Shown in pieces: positions 48,558 through 59,495 of a stretch of 64,000 nt of DNA (positions are counted from its first letter, which is position 1; every line of letters begins with the position of its first letter). The DNA is from Cladosporium halotolerans (Eukaryota). Below the pieces are notes generated by a model. The model saw nothing but the letters and a program-made list of their open reading frames with translations, had not been told where the DNA came from and did no database searches. The stretch lies in NCBI RefSeq assembly GCF_011745625.1, contig NW_027191462.1, forward strand, positions 124,001-188,000, in the 5' to 3' direction. The position numbers and the translations under genes were made by a program.

Positions 48558-49586
48558 CTACTCGCCCTCCGCCGCCTCCGCCGCCCCAGCTGCCTTCGGG
48601 GGCCCCTTGGGCGGCGGCGGCAGTCCGCTATTCGGCTTCGGCGTTGACGACCCAGACTCCATCTCCCTACTCTTCTGCTCTCCTTCCGCAAAGTAATCGT
48701 CCAGACCAGGCACAGGCGCATGGGCCCTGGCCTTTCTAGCCTTCCCAGGAGGAGGCCCTCCTGCACCGGGCGGAGGCGGCGTCGGGTTGTTCGTCGGCAT
48801 GTTGGCAGGGACGAGGAAATCAGCTTGCGGACTAGGCGACGGACCAGCAGAGCCGTAAGCGTCAAACGTAGACTTCTCATTGAACGCCGCCGGCTGGCCA
48901 GCCTCGAACAGCGTCTCGCCCGGGGCCTGCGCGGGCTCCGTCAGCGGCGCAGGAATGCGGTGCAGGGCGCCGTATCCCAGCACGCAGCCCAGCGCGCCCT
49001 CGCCGCCCCAGTTCTTCGCCGGCGTGATGGTGATCATGCGCGTGACGTCGTACTCGTTGTTGTAGACGTACAGGCGCAGCGGGCGGCCCATGAACTCCTC
49101 GACCAGCTCGCCCAGCCCGGCGTCGCCGCGCAGCACCCCCTCCGGCGACCCGATCACGTAGTCGCTGTACGGCAGCAGGCCCGCCACGTCCGCCGGCGAG
49201 TTCGGCATCACGTCCAGGATGTGCCACACGTCCTCCACCACGCTCAACGGGCTCCATTGCAGCGCCAGACCCAGCCCGTGCTCGTGCGGCACGCTCGCGT
49301 AGATCTCGCGGATCGCCTGGCCTTTGGCGCTGTAGACTCCCAGGCTGATTGTTGCGCCGGCGCAGTTGCGCACTTCGGTGGAGAAGAGGGTGGGGTCTGC
49401 GTTGTCGATTGTGCGGCCGTTGATGCCGATGATGAAGTCGAACCAGGGCTCGAGCGCGATTTCGGTGTTGGTGTTGCGCAGCACTTGGAAGCCGTATGCG
49501 CCGGCAGAGGAAGGCTTTTGCGCGCTGCCGTCGGCGGCATCGAGGCGGGATATGAAGCGGTTGAGGGCGCCGAACATGTTGGCCAT
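48558..49586 (-). CDS. GRH1: GRASP55/65 homolog (tandem PDZ)
   Basis: MFGALNRFISRL, YGFQVLRN, LEPWFDFIIGING, VWHILDVMPNSPADVAGLLPYSDY, WGGEGALGCVLGYGALHRIP; Pro-rich tail. Confidence 0.94.
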   Translation of the reverse strand: MANMFGALNRFISRLDAADGSAQKPSSAGAYGFQVLRNTNTEIALEPWFDFIIGINGRTIDNADPTLFSTEVRNCAGATISLGVYSAKGQAIREIYASVPHEHGLGLALQWSPLSVVEDVWHILDVMPNSPADVAGLLPYSDYVIGSPEGVLRGDAGLGELVEEFMGRPLRLYVYNNEYDVTRMITITPAKNWGGEGALGCVLGYGALHRIPAPLTEPAQAPGETLFEAGQPAAFNEKSTFDAYGSAGPSPSPQADFLVPANMPTNNPTPPPPGAGGPPPGKARKARAHAPVPGLDDYFAEGEQKSREMESGSSTPKPNSGLPPPPKGPPKAAGAAEAAEGE

Positions 49587-50048
49587 TGTGTAAGTGGATC
49601 GAAAATGTCCTTCGAAGAGAAAGGATGTTTTGTTTTTGCTATTCTCAATTATGCAATATGGTTGTATGCAGGATCAAGTCCGAACTTCCTATGCTGAAAA
49701 CCGCAATGGGAACATATAGGAGCAGGGGAGGGATTGCAACAGACGCTTGATGTGTCCTGAGCCGGAGCTCGCGTTGCTAGTCGCGTATCGAATTGAATGC
49801 CTGAAATCTCAGGCAAGAAACTGTTGATCTAGAACCGGCCTAGCTCCGCTTGCTCGACTTCACTCCTTCATTGGTTCAGGCGGCTTTTGAACGACTGCTT
49901 GATCACTTGCTTCCACTTTTTTGATCCAACATAACCTCTGTGGCCCTCAAACTGCACGTTTGCACTTCACGGACCATCTGCCGATTATCTGAGCGCTTTT
50001 CCGGCAAGTATCGAGGTTTCTGGGCAGAATCGTCAAATTGCGACAGCG

Positions 50049-50903
50049 ATGGCTTCCGGCGAAGCTGCGGCACAGGCCTTGCCTGACGGCGTCCACCACT
50101 ACGATAACGCAAAGCAAGTCCCCGTCCAGCTCTCGAAATACTGGCGTCAGCGACATGAAATCTTCTCAAAGTACGACGAGGGTGTTTGGATGACAGATGA
50201 TGCATGGTTTGGCGTGACTCCCGAGCCTGTGGCGAAGTAAGTCCGCATAGCGGTTTGCGCGCTTCCAAGCCACTCAGCTTTGTTGGTTGGAAACCTATTT
50301 ACACATTACAGGAAAATCGCCGACCACGTCGCCACGGCATCCAAAGACAAAACTGTGATGATCGATTGTTTTGCCGGAGCCGGCGGTAATACTATCGCTT
50401 TTGCTCTGTCTGGACGATGGAACCAGATTTTCGCGGTTGAGAAGGACGAGAAAACCTTGGCTTGCGCCAAGCATAACGCAGAGGTCTATGGCGTTTCGAA
50501 GAAGATCTTCTGGATTCATGGCGACATCTTTCAAGTGCTTCAGACAAGGCTCAAGGCTGCCCTCAAGAAAGCAGTCGTCTTTGGGAGTCCGCCATGGGGA
50601 GGTGCGTCGAACCGTGTGACACTGAACTTTGCAAGCGGTGCTCTGCTAACGACGACAGGTCCGACATACATCAACTACGGGATCTTTGACGTGGAAATGA
50701 TGCATCCATACTCTATGAAAGCCCTCTACGGATCATTCTCGGCAACGGCGACACATGTCGTGCTCTTTCTCCCCCGGTCCTCGGACCTGAAGCAGATTGC
50801 GAAGTACGCACGCAAGGACGAGAAGCTGAAAGTCACTCACTACTGCATGCACAGTTTCAGCAAGGCACTCTGTGTGTTTTTCGGCCAGTTTGAGACGAAG
50901 TGA
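50049..50903 (+). CDS. TGS1: Trimethylguanosine synthase
   Basis: Exons 50049-50236, 50312-50601, 50659-50903. Motifs KYWRQR..FSKYDEG, WFGVTPEPVA, IDCFAGAGGNTIAFA, SPPWGGP, FLPRSSD. Confidence 0.94.
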
Positions 50904-51729
50904 GCTTGGAAGGCCGCCGGTATTCTTTTGACTAATGCACCACCAACGCGTCAGCCGCCAGCGATTGCGACGAGGATTACGGCAGTTGATGGCTTCTAAA
51001 GCGAAACTCTCACAGTATCTGGATCATCGTTCACATAGAATCAAATCCTGACCCACCTGCGCTGGACAACGCATGGGAGGCAGTGAATTCGAAGCGCGCC
51101 CAGAGTGATGGGAATGGCCGCGTGATCGGACTCAACGAGCAGCTGACCTCCGGAAAAGCGGGGTGCCTTCCGTGCTGCCAACAACTGTGGCGGTTGCCTC
51201 GAGTGCAGCATCACACCGACTTGTGAAATGAGGGCGACTGATAAGGCCCATTGAGGATGCGCAAGGTCAGTCAAATTGATAGAATACCCAGTAGTGATAG
51301 TGGTTGAGAACGAATCGTGCGTCGCGCGCCCGCTGTCGAGCGGATCGTGTCAGAAACGCGCGCGAAGTAGGGTAACTATCGCACGAATACATCTCACGAA
51401 ACAAATGTCTCAACGCGAAAGCAGACTCGCAACCAGTCAATTACCATACCCAGCAGAAGACGCATAGATGGGCGAGTGGTGGGTGGAGTTTGTGTTGTGT
51501 CCCGTCGAAACAGGCGTCGAAACAGGCTTAGCGCTTGCCTCCAGCGCGTGTGATTGTGGAAGCTGCCTCAGAGTATAAGAGAAGGAAAGCCCCGCCGCGC
51601 GCCCGCCCTCGAGACACCATTCTCCCTCCTCCCAGCTCCGACCGCAACCAACAACACTGTTTATCTTTATCCGAGACATATAGCTCGAGTCGCCAGATTC
51701 CGCTCTATCAGACCAAACAACCAATTACC

Positions 51730-52951
51730 ATGCCTCCCAAGAAAGCTTCCACTGCTGGCGCGAAGAAGTCGGCGCCCGCTGCTCAGCATGCCAGCTACCA
51801 AGGTGCGTCTTCATGTCGCCCACTCGCAAAGATGCTTGTGTGCAGATCGTTTTCAGAGTTGCAGGAAGCTGACGCGTCACAGACATGATCAAGGAGGCTA
51901 TTATCAACGTACGTCCTACCAGCTCGTCAACATGATCGCCGAGTCGTGAAGCCGCCGGTCGCGCGTGCGACAACGCGACCGGCGTTGCGCCTGATTGCGG
52001 CGCATTGCACCCACCACTTCAATGGTAACGAAACTCTTACTGACTTGTCTTCTTGCCTATAGCTCAAGGAGCGCAACGGTAGCTCGTAAGTAAATCCTCC
52101 ATGTCGTCGTCGTCACGCGTCCAAACACGGGCGCGATGTCGCGCACCTCCGTCCTGCACATCTTGCTAACGTACATGTTCTCTCATAGTCGCCAGGCCCT
52201 CAAGAAATACGTCCTCGTCAACAACCAGCTCGGCAACGTCAAGGATGCGCAGTTCACCTCTCTCTTCAACCGTGCTCTCGCCAAGGGTTCCGACGATGGT
52301 GTCTTCGCCCGCCCGAAGGGTAAGCCCTCCCAACGATCGATACAATGCATAGCGGATCAGTGCAAAGCTGTGATCGTTCACTCGATTGCAAACGTGCAAC
52401 CAGATGCGACTCCCTGCATTCGATTCGAACGAATCCCTCGCCCCTATAGCTGATGCTAACATACTACCTGCAGGCCCCTCTGGCCCCGTGAAGCTCGCGA
52501 AGCCGGATCCCGCTAAGGCTGCTAAGCCCGCTGCCTCGAAGACCGCCACCAAGAAGACGACCAAGACTACCAAGAAGGAGGATGACGCTGCTGCCCCTAA
52601 GAAGACCACTAAGGCGACGACCAAGAAGGCGCCTGCCGCGAAGAAGGCTTCCACTAAGGCCACCACCAAGGCAACCACCAAGACCACCAAAGCCACCACA
52701 AAGAAGGCTCCCGCTGCTAAGGCCAACACCAGCAAGAAGGCTGCCCCCAAGGCTGTTCGTAACTCTCATCATCGCACTCGATACCTCTTACTGACAACAT
52801 GTAGGCTCCCGCTGTCGAGGAAGAGAAGCCTGTCGTCCTTACTAAGACCAAGACCGGCCGTGTCGTCAAGTCTGCCCAGCCTCAGAAGACCAAGAAGGCC
52901 GCTGCGCCCAAGAAGGCTGCCACCACTAAGAAGGCTGCTGCGAAGAAATAA
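51730..52951 (+). CDS. HHO1: Histone H1 (linker histone)
   Basis: Introns 51803-51882, 51909-52062, 52086-52188, 52320-52473, 52755-52804. Spliced globular domain [30 protein letters not shown]...RPKGPSGPVKL, plus K/A/T-rich tail. Confidence 0.95.
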
Positions 52952-54196
52952 GTTTCTTCACCTCGCAGCTTCTTCTACCTCCTGTCATCACCGACGCTTG
53001 CAACAGACTCTTGGGCGGCGTTTGCAAGGCGCACAAATGGCGTGCACGTGTGGGTGTGATACCAATTTTGATCCGGGTGCTCTCAGGCGAGCACATTGAC
53101 GACGGGGTTTGCTTTTGATTTTCTGACGGCACTGTTAATGTCGCGGGTTACGGATTTTCGTTTGTGGGTTTCTCTGTTTGGCGTTCCTCTGGTCATGTGA
53201 GCGCGGGATTGCGATGACAGGAGCAGACGATGCCTGAGGGCAGTGTGTTACCAATGCGCGTACATAACGGGCATCAAATATGTTTATGTTCATTTCACGA
53301 GGAGTCTCATGCAGTGTTCGTTGTACGTTACATGCACTTTTGTAAGCTGATGTCATGTCTGTCAGGCTGCGCTGCCGATAAACAGGACGCGACTGTGCAC
53401 ACGTCGTGTCGGCGGCCAGTACAGTAATCCAATAGCACGGACTACTGCCCAAACGCGTGTCGCTGTTGCCGCGCGGATAGGGCTGTCTTGGTCCGGAATT
53501 CATGGGTCCCGAAGGCCGTGTGCATTATTGTATAGAGGGTGGATACCGTAGTCGATTATTATTTTCTGGACGACCGTATACTATGCACAGAGCTACACCA
53601 TGTATCAACAGCGTGATCACACAGTAAACACGCACGGTGTACAATGATGGTCGCGTCTGCACCCCTATGACGACGGTGGCCTGGTTATCTGCCGGCCGAG
53701 CCTGAAGCGAAGTCTGAAAGCTGGGTCGGCGCAGTCGTTAGCTCGGAAACTACCCGCATCCTACCCGCAACCGAGAGCTGGGCGCTGTTTGGGGGAGACC
53801 TACGCAACGCTCCCTCGACAATCTCCACCGCGCTTCCTTACGTTTGCTGGACATTACCGCCCGCCGTCACTGCTATTCCACGATACCCCGCCGCTGCTTT
53901 TCATTGGATTGCTACCTGTTTGCACACATATTGACCCTTGCCGCGCGCGCCCGCCAGAGACTCCGCCAGCCGTGGCTGGGACTCCGCCTCTGAGACATTT
54001 GCACCGGTGCGAGCTGGAGCGTCCACCCACCACCGACAGGACGACGCCTGACCGAAGAGACAGACTCGCGACCGCGCCAGACTCCGCGGACGGGCTTTTC
54101 AAGATTCCAGAACTGGCGAACTCTGTTCCCGTACCCCAGCAGGGGGACAATGCCTGCCTGAGGAAATCGACGGACCTCAATGCCGGTGGCATTTTC

Positions 54197-57100
54197 ATGG
54201 TGCACAGTTTCGACATGCCCGCGGCCACCGCTGCCGCTGGAGGGGACGCGGACGCCGGTCGCCGTGTCTCCAACGGCGGCGGCGGGAACGTGAACGGGGT
54301 GGGCGGAGGGAAGAGATACAGCATGGAGGAGACGGCTACGCCCGCGGTCGAAACCCTGCCTGGAGGATGGCCGAAGACGCCGATGGGACTGGCGAATGGC
54401 GATGTCAAAGAAGGCATTGGCGGAAGAGAGGGGAGTGTGCTGAGTGTACCAAATGGCTTCTCACCCCAAGAGCGAGCAAGCAGCGCTAAGAGCGTGGCTC
54501 TCAGCTCGCGATCGCGGAGGAGTAGTCAGATGGAGGACGGCAAGAAGTCTGGCGAGACCGTGAAAGAGTCTGTTCCCAGGTTAGGTGTTGCGGAGGAGGG
54601 CTATTTTCAGCAACCTTTACCGAATGGGAAGCCTGTCGCGCCGGTCAAGACATCGGCCTCGAAGCCTGTGTTGGTATCTTCAAATACTGACACACCTTCG
54701 ACACACGCAGCTCAGAGATCGAACTTTGTCGCTTCGCCAGTAACACCGCACTCCGCATTGGCTCCTGTCGAGGAGAGCTCTCCTGCTCCAACATCCAGCC
54801 ATACTGGGCCTGATGGAAAGCTCAGACCGCCTGGATCTACTGTTCACCGTGCATCTTCACCACCAGCTTTTCATCATCCTAACTCGCCGATGTCAAGCAG
54901 TTCTCAGCCCCCAACAAGTGCCGCTCGCCCAGATGGACTTCGGCATAGACATACGCTTGAGGTTCCAAAGCTTGCAACTTCCCGCAGTTCACGAGACAGT
55001 CAAGAACATCCAATCAGCTCGACAGAAGGAGTCGTGACATCAACTGGCCGATTCTCACCCAATACACCCACCAAAAGACGTGGCTCATTGCAGCTGGCCC
55101 GAAGAGTGACCAGGTCAATAAACTCCGACATGCATCTTGACGAGGTTCCGCAGGATGATGATGCCGCACGATGGACAGAGCACATCAAGGCTAAGCGTGC
55201 CTCCAAAAAGGCCCGTGTTGACACCGACGACGACCGGGTTGTCGTTGGCACGAAAGTCGATGAGCACCACGTCAACTGGGTCACGGCGTATAATATGCTC
55301 ACAGGCATTCGGTTCACCGTCAGCAGAACTAACGCCAAATTAGACCGCCAACTCACAGATGCAGACTTTGGTGCCAGGCATAAATTCAGCTTCGACATAA
55401 CAGGAAACGAGCTCACGCCCAGCGCAAAGTATGACTTCAAGTTCAAGGACTACGCGCCATGGGTATTCCGAGACTTGAGAGCGAAATTCCGACTGGATCC
55501 TGCCGAGTACCTCATGTCTCTGACATCTAAGTACATTCTTTCCGAACTCGGATCACCCGGCAAGAGTGGTTCCTTTTTCTATTTCTCCCGCGACTACAAA
55601 TACATCATCAAGACGATACACCACGGCGAGCACAAATTCCTGCGCAAAATCCTGAAGGAATACTACAATCACGTCTGCGAGAATCCCAACACCTTGCTCT
55701 CGCAATTCTACGGCCTGCACCGCGTTAAGATCCCTTACGGCAGGAAGATCCATTTTGTCGTCATGAACAACCTGTTCCCACCCCATCGCGATATTCACAG
55801 AACCTTCGACCTGAAGGGTAGCACGATCGGCAGGGATTTCAAGGAAGACGATCTTGAGAAGAACCCGCGCGCGACGTTGAAGGATTTGAACTGGCTTCGA
55901 CGAAACTTGCATCTCGAGTTTGGCCCCACGAAGAAGGAGGCGTTCGTCACGCAGATGCAGCGTGATGTTGCGCTCTTGCAGAAGCTGAAGATCATGGACT
56001 ATTCGATGCTCGTCGGCATTCACGATCTTGGACGCGGCAATGAAGAGCAGTTGCGCGACAAGACACTGAAGGTGTTCCAACCTGGTGGCGACAACGCAGA
56101 AGATCAGAATCAGACGGCGATGGGTCCTCTCGCTCGTACGCCTAGCAAGCTCGAGACTGCGAAGCGCGCAAAGGAGCTGAGGGAGATGGTGAAGAAGGAG
56201 AAGCCTGTTCCCATGGACCAGATGCTCGACAAAATGCCAGAAGGTGCCCATCGCAAAGACTTCTACTTCTATGCGGATGATGGCGGTTTCCAGGCTACGC
56301 ATGAGAATGACATGCCCGGGGAAGAGATTTACTACCTGGGTATCATCGATTGTCTGACCAGGGTAAGTTGTGTCATGCTCTCCAACGCGCACTTTTGCTA
56401 ACGTCAAATGCAGTACAATTTCGTTAAGAAGGCCGAGCACTTCTGGAAAGGCATGGGCGGCAACGAGTCCCAGATTTCCCCCATCCCGCCTGAGAGATAC
56501 GGCGACCGTTTTGTCAAGTTCATCTCTGGTATGACCATGTCTCGCGAACGCGCAGAACACGATCGCATGTCTAGAACTATGGAAGCTGCCACGGGGCTGG
56601 TCTTGCCTCCTGGCGTGCAGCCTCCGATCAATGATCCTCATCTTGGAGGGTGCAACATCCACCAGGACCACACAGATCCACCTGGCACAGACCGCGTGAT
56701 CGAAAAAGCAGAGCGTTCGGCTGAGAAGACTATTCGACACGGTGCTGACGAGAAGGATATCCCCGATCGATCACTCGGTGCTGTTGGCCGTCAGGACTCC
56801 GAAGGAGCGGTCCTGCCCGTCATCGGTGAAGCAGCCGAGAGCTCTAGCCAGGTCAGCAGAACCCCGCCTGATGCCACTCCCAATGCGAGTCGTGACGATC
56901 GCCGACAAAGGAGAACTCATGCACAGGCTGCCCCCGTCCTCGGCAACGCCAACATGCCTTCCGAAAGCATTGGCGAAGTGCCGCCTCCGACGCCTCCCAA
57001 GCTCGACTTCGGCTTCGACGAGCCCGAGGGCAGGCCAAGCTGGGGTGGCGGCCCACCTCCCACCCCCCCTAAGGACGAGAAGTACAGAGGCCGGATCTCC

Positions 57101-57247
57101 AACGAGAGCCAGCGCGGCCGCCTCAGCACCGACAGCAGAGATAAGGACCTGCCCTCCCTGCCGCCTCTAGCCAACATGAAATTGTCCGCTTCGCCTGCAA
57201 GGGCGGAAAAGGACGAGCTGCTCGAGCTCAGACAACGACTCGCATGA
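54197..57247 (+). CDS. MSS4: Phosphatidylinositol-4-phosphate 5-kinase
   Basis: Exon 54197-56362, intron 56363-56413, exon 56414-57247. Motifs [49 protein letters not shown]. Confidence 0.95.
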
Positions 57248-57834
57248 TAGAGCTCGGAAGAATAAACATCCGCCGCCGCGCGGACATGTACGCATTGTCC
57301 AGCCACATCCCATTTTCTTTTGTACTTCTACAGCGGGGAAACATCACGGGTTCGGACGGATATAGGGCGAGGGCGTCCATTTTCCTTTTCGCTTGCTCGC
57401 ATGCTTTCACCGTCCGCCCTCCTCGACCTGTCTACAAGAGACTCCGCGCACCACACACGACGGTGACGTGAGTGCTGTTCTGTGTCCTGGTCCTTGGATT
57501 AGCGTGTCCGACTGTCTAACTGCTATTGCTCAAGCGCGGCGAGCTTTTTTTGACGCCGCCGATTCTGTTTTCTTTATTGTTCGGGCTTTTTCTTTTTGCT
57601 TTTATGGCATGGCTGACCGAGAGCTATCCATGTTCTGAGGGATAATTGTTGATGTTAGAATTACTAGCGAGCGCTATACCATACTGGATCTTTCTCTTGT
57701 GATTACCGTTACTGGTGAAAAGTTCCATCGTCGTGTCATGTTCCATCCTTTGCGTGAAAAGGTTCCTTTCATTAGCCGCCCGCCCAACCCGCTCTCAAGT
57801 AGTTTCCGGCCATCCCTCCCTACTCCGCATGATC

Positions 57835-58627
57835 TCACGCCGGCGCATCGGTCAACGGCACGTACTGCACGCCGTACTCCTTTTTCTTCGTCACGTTGCC
57901 GTCCTCGTCCTTGTCGATCACGTAGATGTGTTGCATGCCGTCGTCACCCTCGACGGGAACGAATAGCCTTGGAAGTGTCAGCATCACATTGCAGAATCCA
58001 CCGAACGCACCTCAACACTCAACAAGCCAACAACCCAACCAACGAACAAGAACGAAAGAGGAACCAGAGAACACAAACTCACCGTCCCGGCCTCTTCAAC
58101 TGCCCCACCAACCCCTCCACCCCCGCAATCCCGCCCGCCGCCGCGCCCACATGAATCGCATCATACGGCGCCCCCTCCGCCCACCCCAGCCTCCCGTCCC
58201 CCCTCACAAACCTCACCGTCCCGTCCCCCACCCACTGGCTCCCCAGCTCCCCCTTCCCCGCATTCCGCTCCCCCATCTCCCTCAGCGCCTCAATGTGCTC
58301 CACGCCCACGACGCTGCCGCCCGGCTGCACGAGCGCCGCCAGCACGCAGGTCAGGTAGCCGCTGCCAGAGCCGATGTCGAGCACGCGGGCGCCCGGGCTG
58401 AGGTACGGGAGCAGGGACTCGGCGGCGTTGGCGTGCATGTGCGGCGCGGAGATTGTCGCGCCGTGGCCGAGGGATTGGGGCGAGTCGCGGTAGGGGGCGG
58501 AGGGGGAGAAGTGCGCGCGGTCGATGGAGCTCATTGCGGAGGCGACGCGGGGCGTGGTGATGAGGGCATTGGCGGTTAGGTGCTGGATTAGGGTTGCGTT
58601 GGAGGTGCCGTGGGAGCGCCAGGCCAT
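57835..58627 (-). CDS. Protein-L-isoaspartate O-methyltransferase
   Basis: Exon 58627-58083, intron 58082-57968, exon 57967-57835. Motifs [60 protein letters not shown]. Confidence 0.94.
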
Positions 58628-59495
58628 TTTGGAGGATGGGTTGTGGGGGCTGGGTTTCTGGGGAGGAGGTGTTGGTGTTGATGTGGCGATCGTGGGCCTC
58701 GAATGGAGAAGTGGCGCGTCGTGTCGTCCGGCCGGTAAGCGTCGGGAAGATGGATGCACACCTCGGTGAGTGTCGGAACGTGTCGATGTTGTAGGCGAGT
58801 GAAACGCTATCCGAGCTTGTCGAGGCCGGAATCAAGATATTGCTGAGGTTTCACAGCAGGTGTCGTAAGCTCTGCAAGCTCCCGTTGGGTAGGTGCATGA
58901 ACATATATATACAGTACCTATGTACAAGGTGCCCTAAGCGCTGCGATGCCGATCATCGCTGCTCGGCCGGGGTCCGACGTCACAGGAACATCAAGAGCAG
59001 CTTGACCTCACGTGTCCAGCGGGCTGACACCGTCGAACGCCAAAACTCCTCGCATGACGCGAATCATAAAAGGGCGATTACTGAAACACACTCGAGCGTC
59101 ACCGAGAGTCAACACGTCTAGCAGAACCATCATGAATTTTTCCCCAAGGGTATCTACAGACCGAGCGCGACGAAGCTCACGGGCGTGCGCCCACCCCAAC
59201 GGACGACCAAACCCACGAGACTGAAACTGACGTGTGCGTCCTACGGAAGAAGAAGAGAAGAAAGAGCCATCGACGCGAAAGTGTCTTTCGGAAAAGGAGG
59301 GAAAACGAGAAAAAAACGAGAAAAACCGTCGTGAGGGAAAAAGGCCGAAAAGTCAACGCCCTTTGCCATGCTTCCTTGAATCCAAAACCCGGTGCCTTGA
59401 GAGGGTCCCTGCTGGTGCAAGCTGTACATATCGCGGGCTCAGCGGCGAGCGGATCACTCCGCCCGAGAGATTGCCGGGCGAGGGGTGTGGCGAAT

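Noticed and set aside
58628..58759. Non-AUG N-terminal extensions of PCMT, UTP6 and ECO1 suggested by the ORF track
   Set aside because: The ORF caller uses GTG/TTG starts. C-rich leaders are often stop-free, and the conserved N-termini begin at the downstream ATGs.
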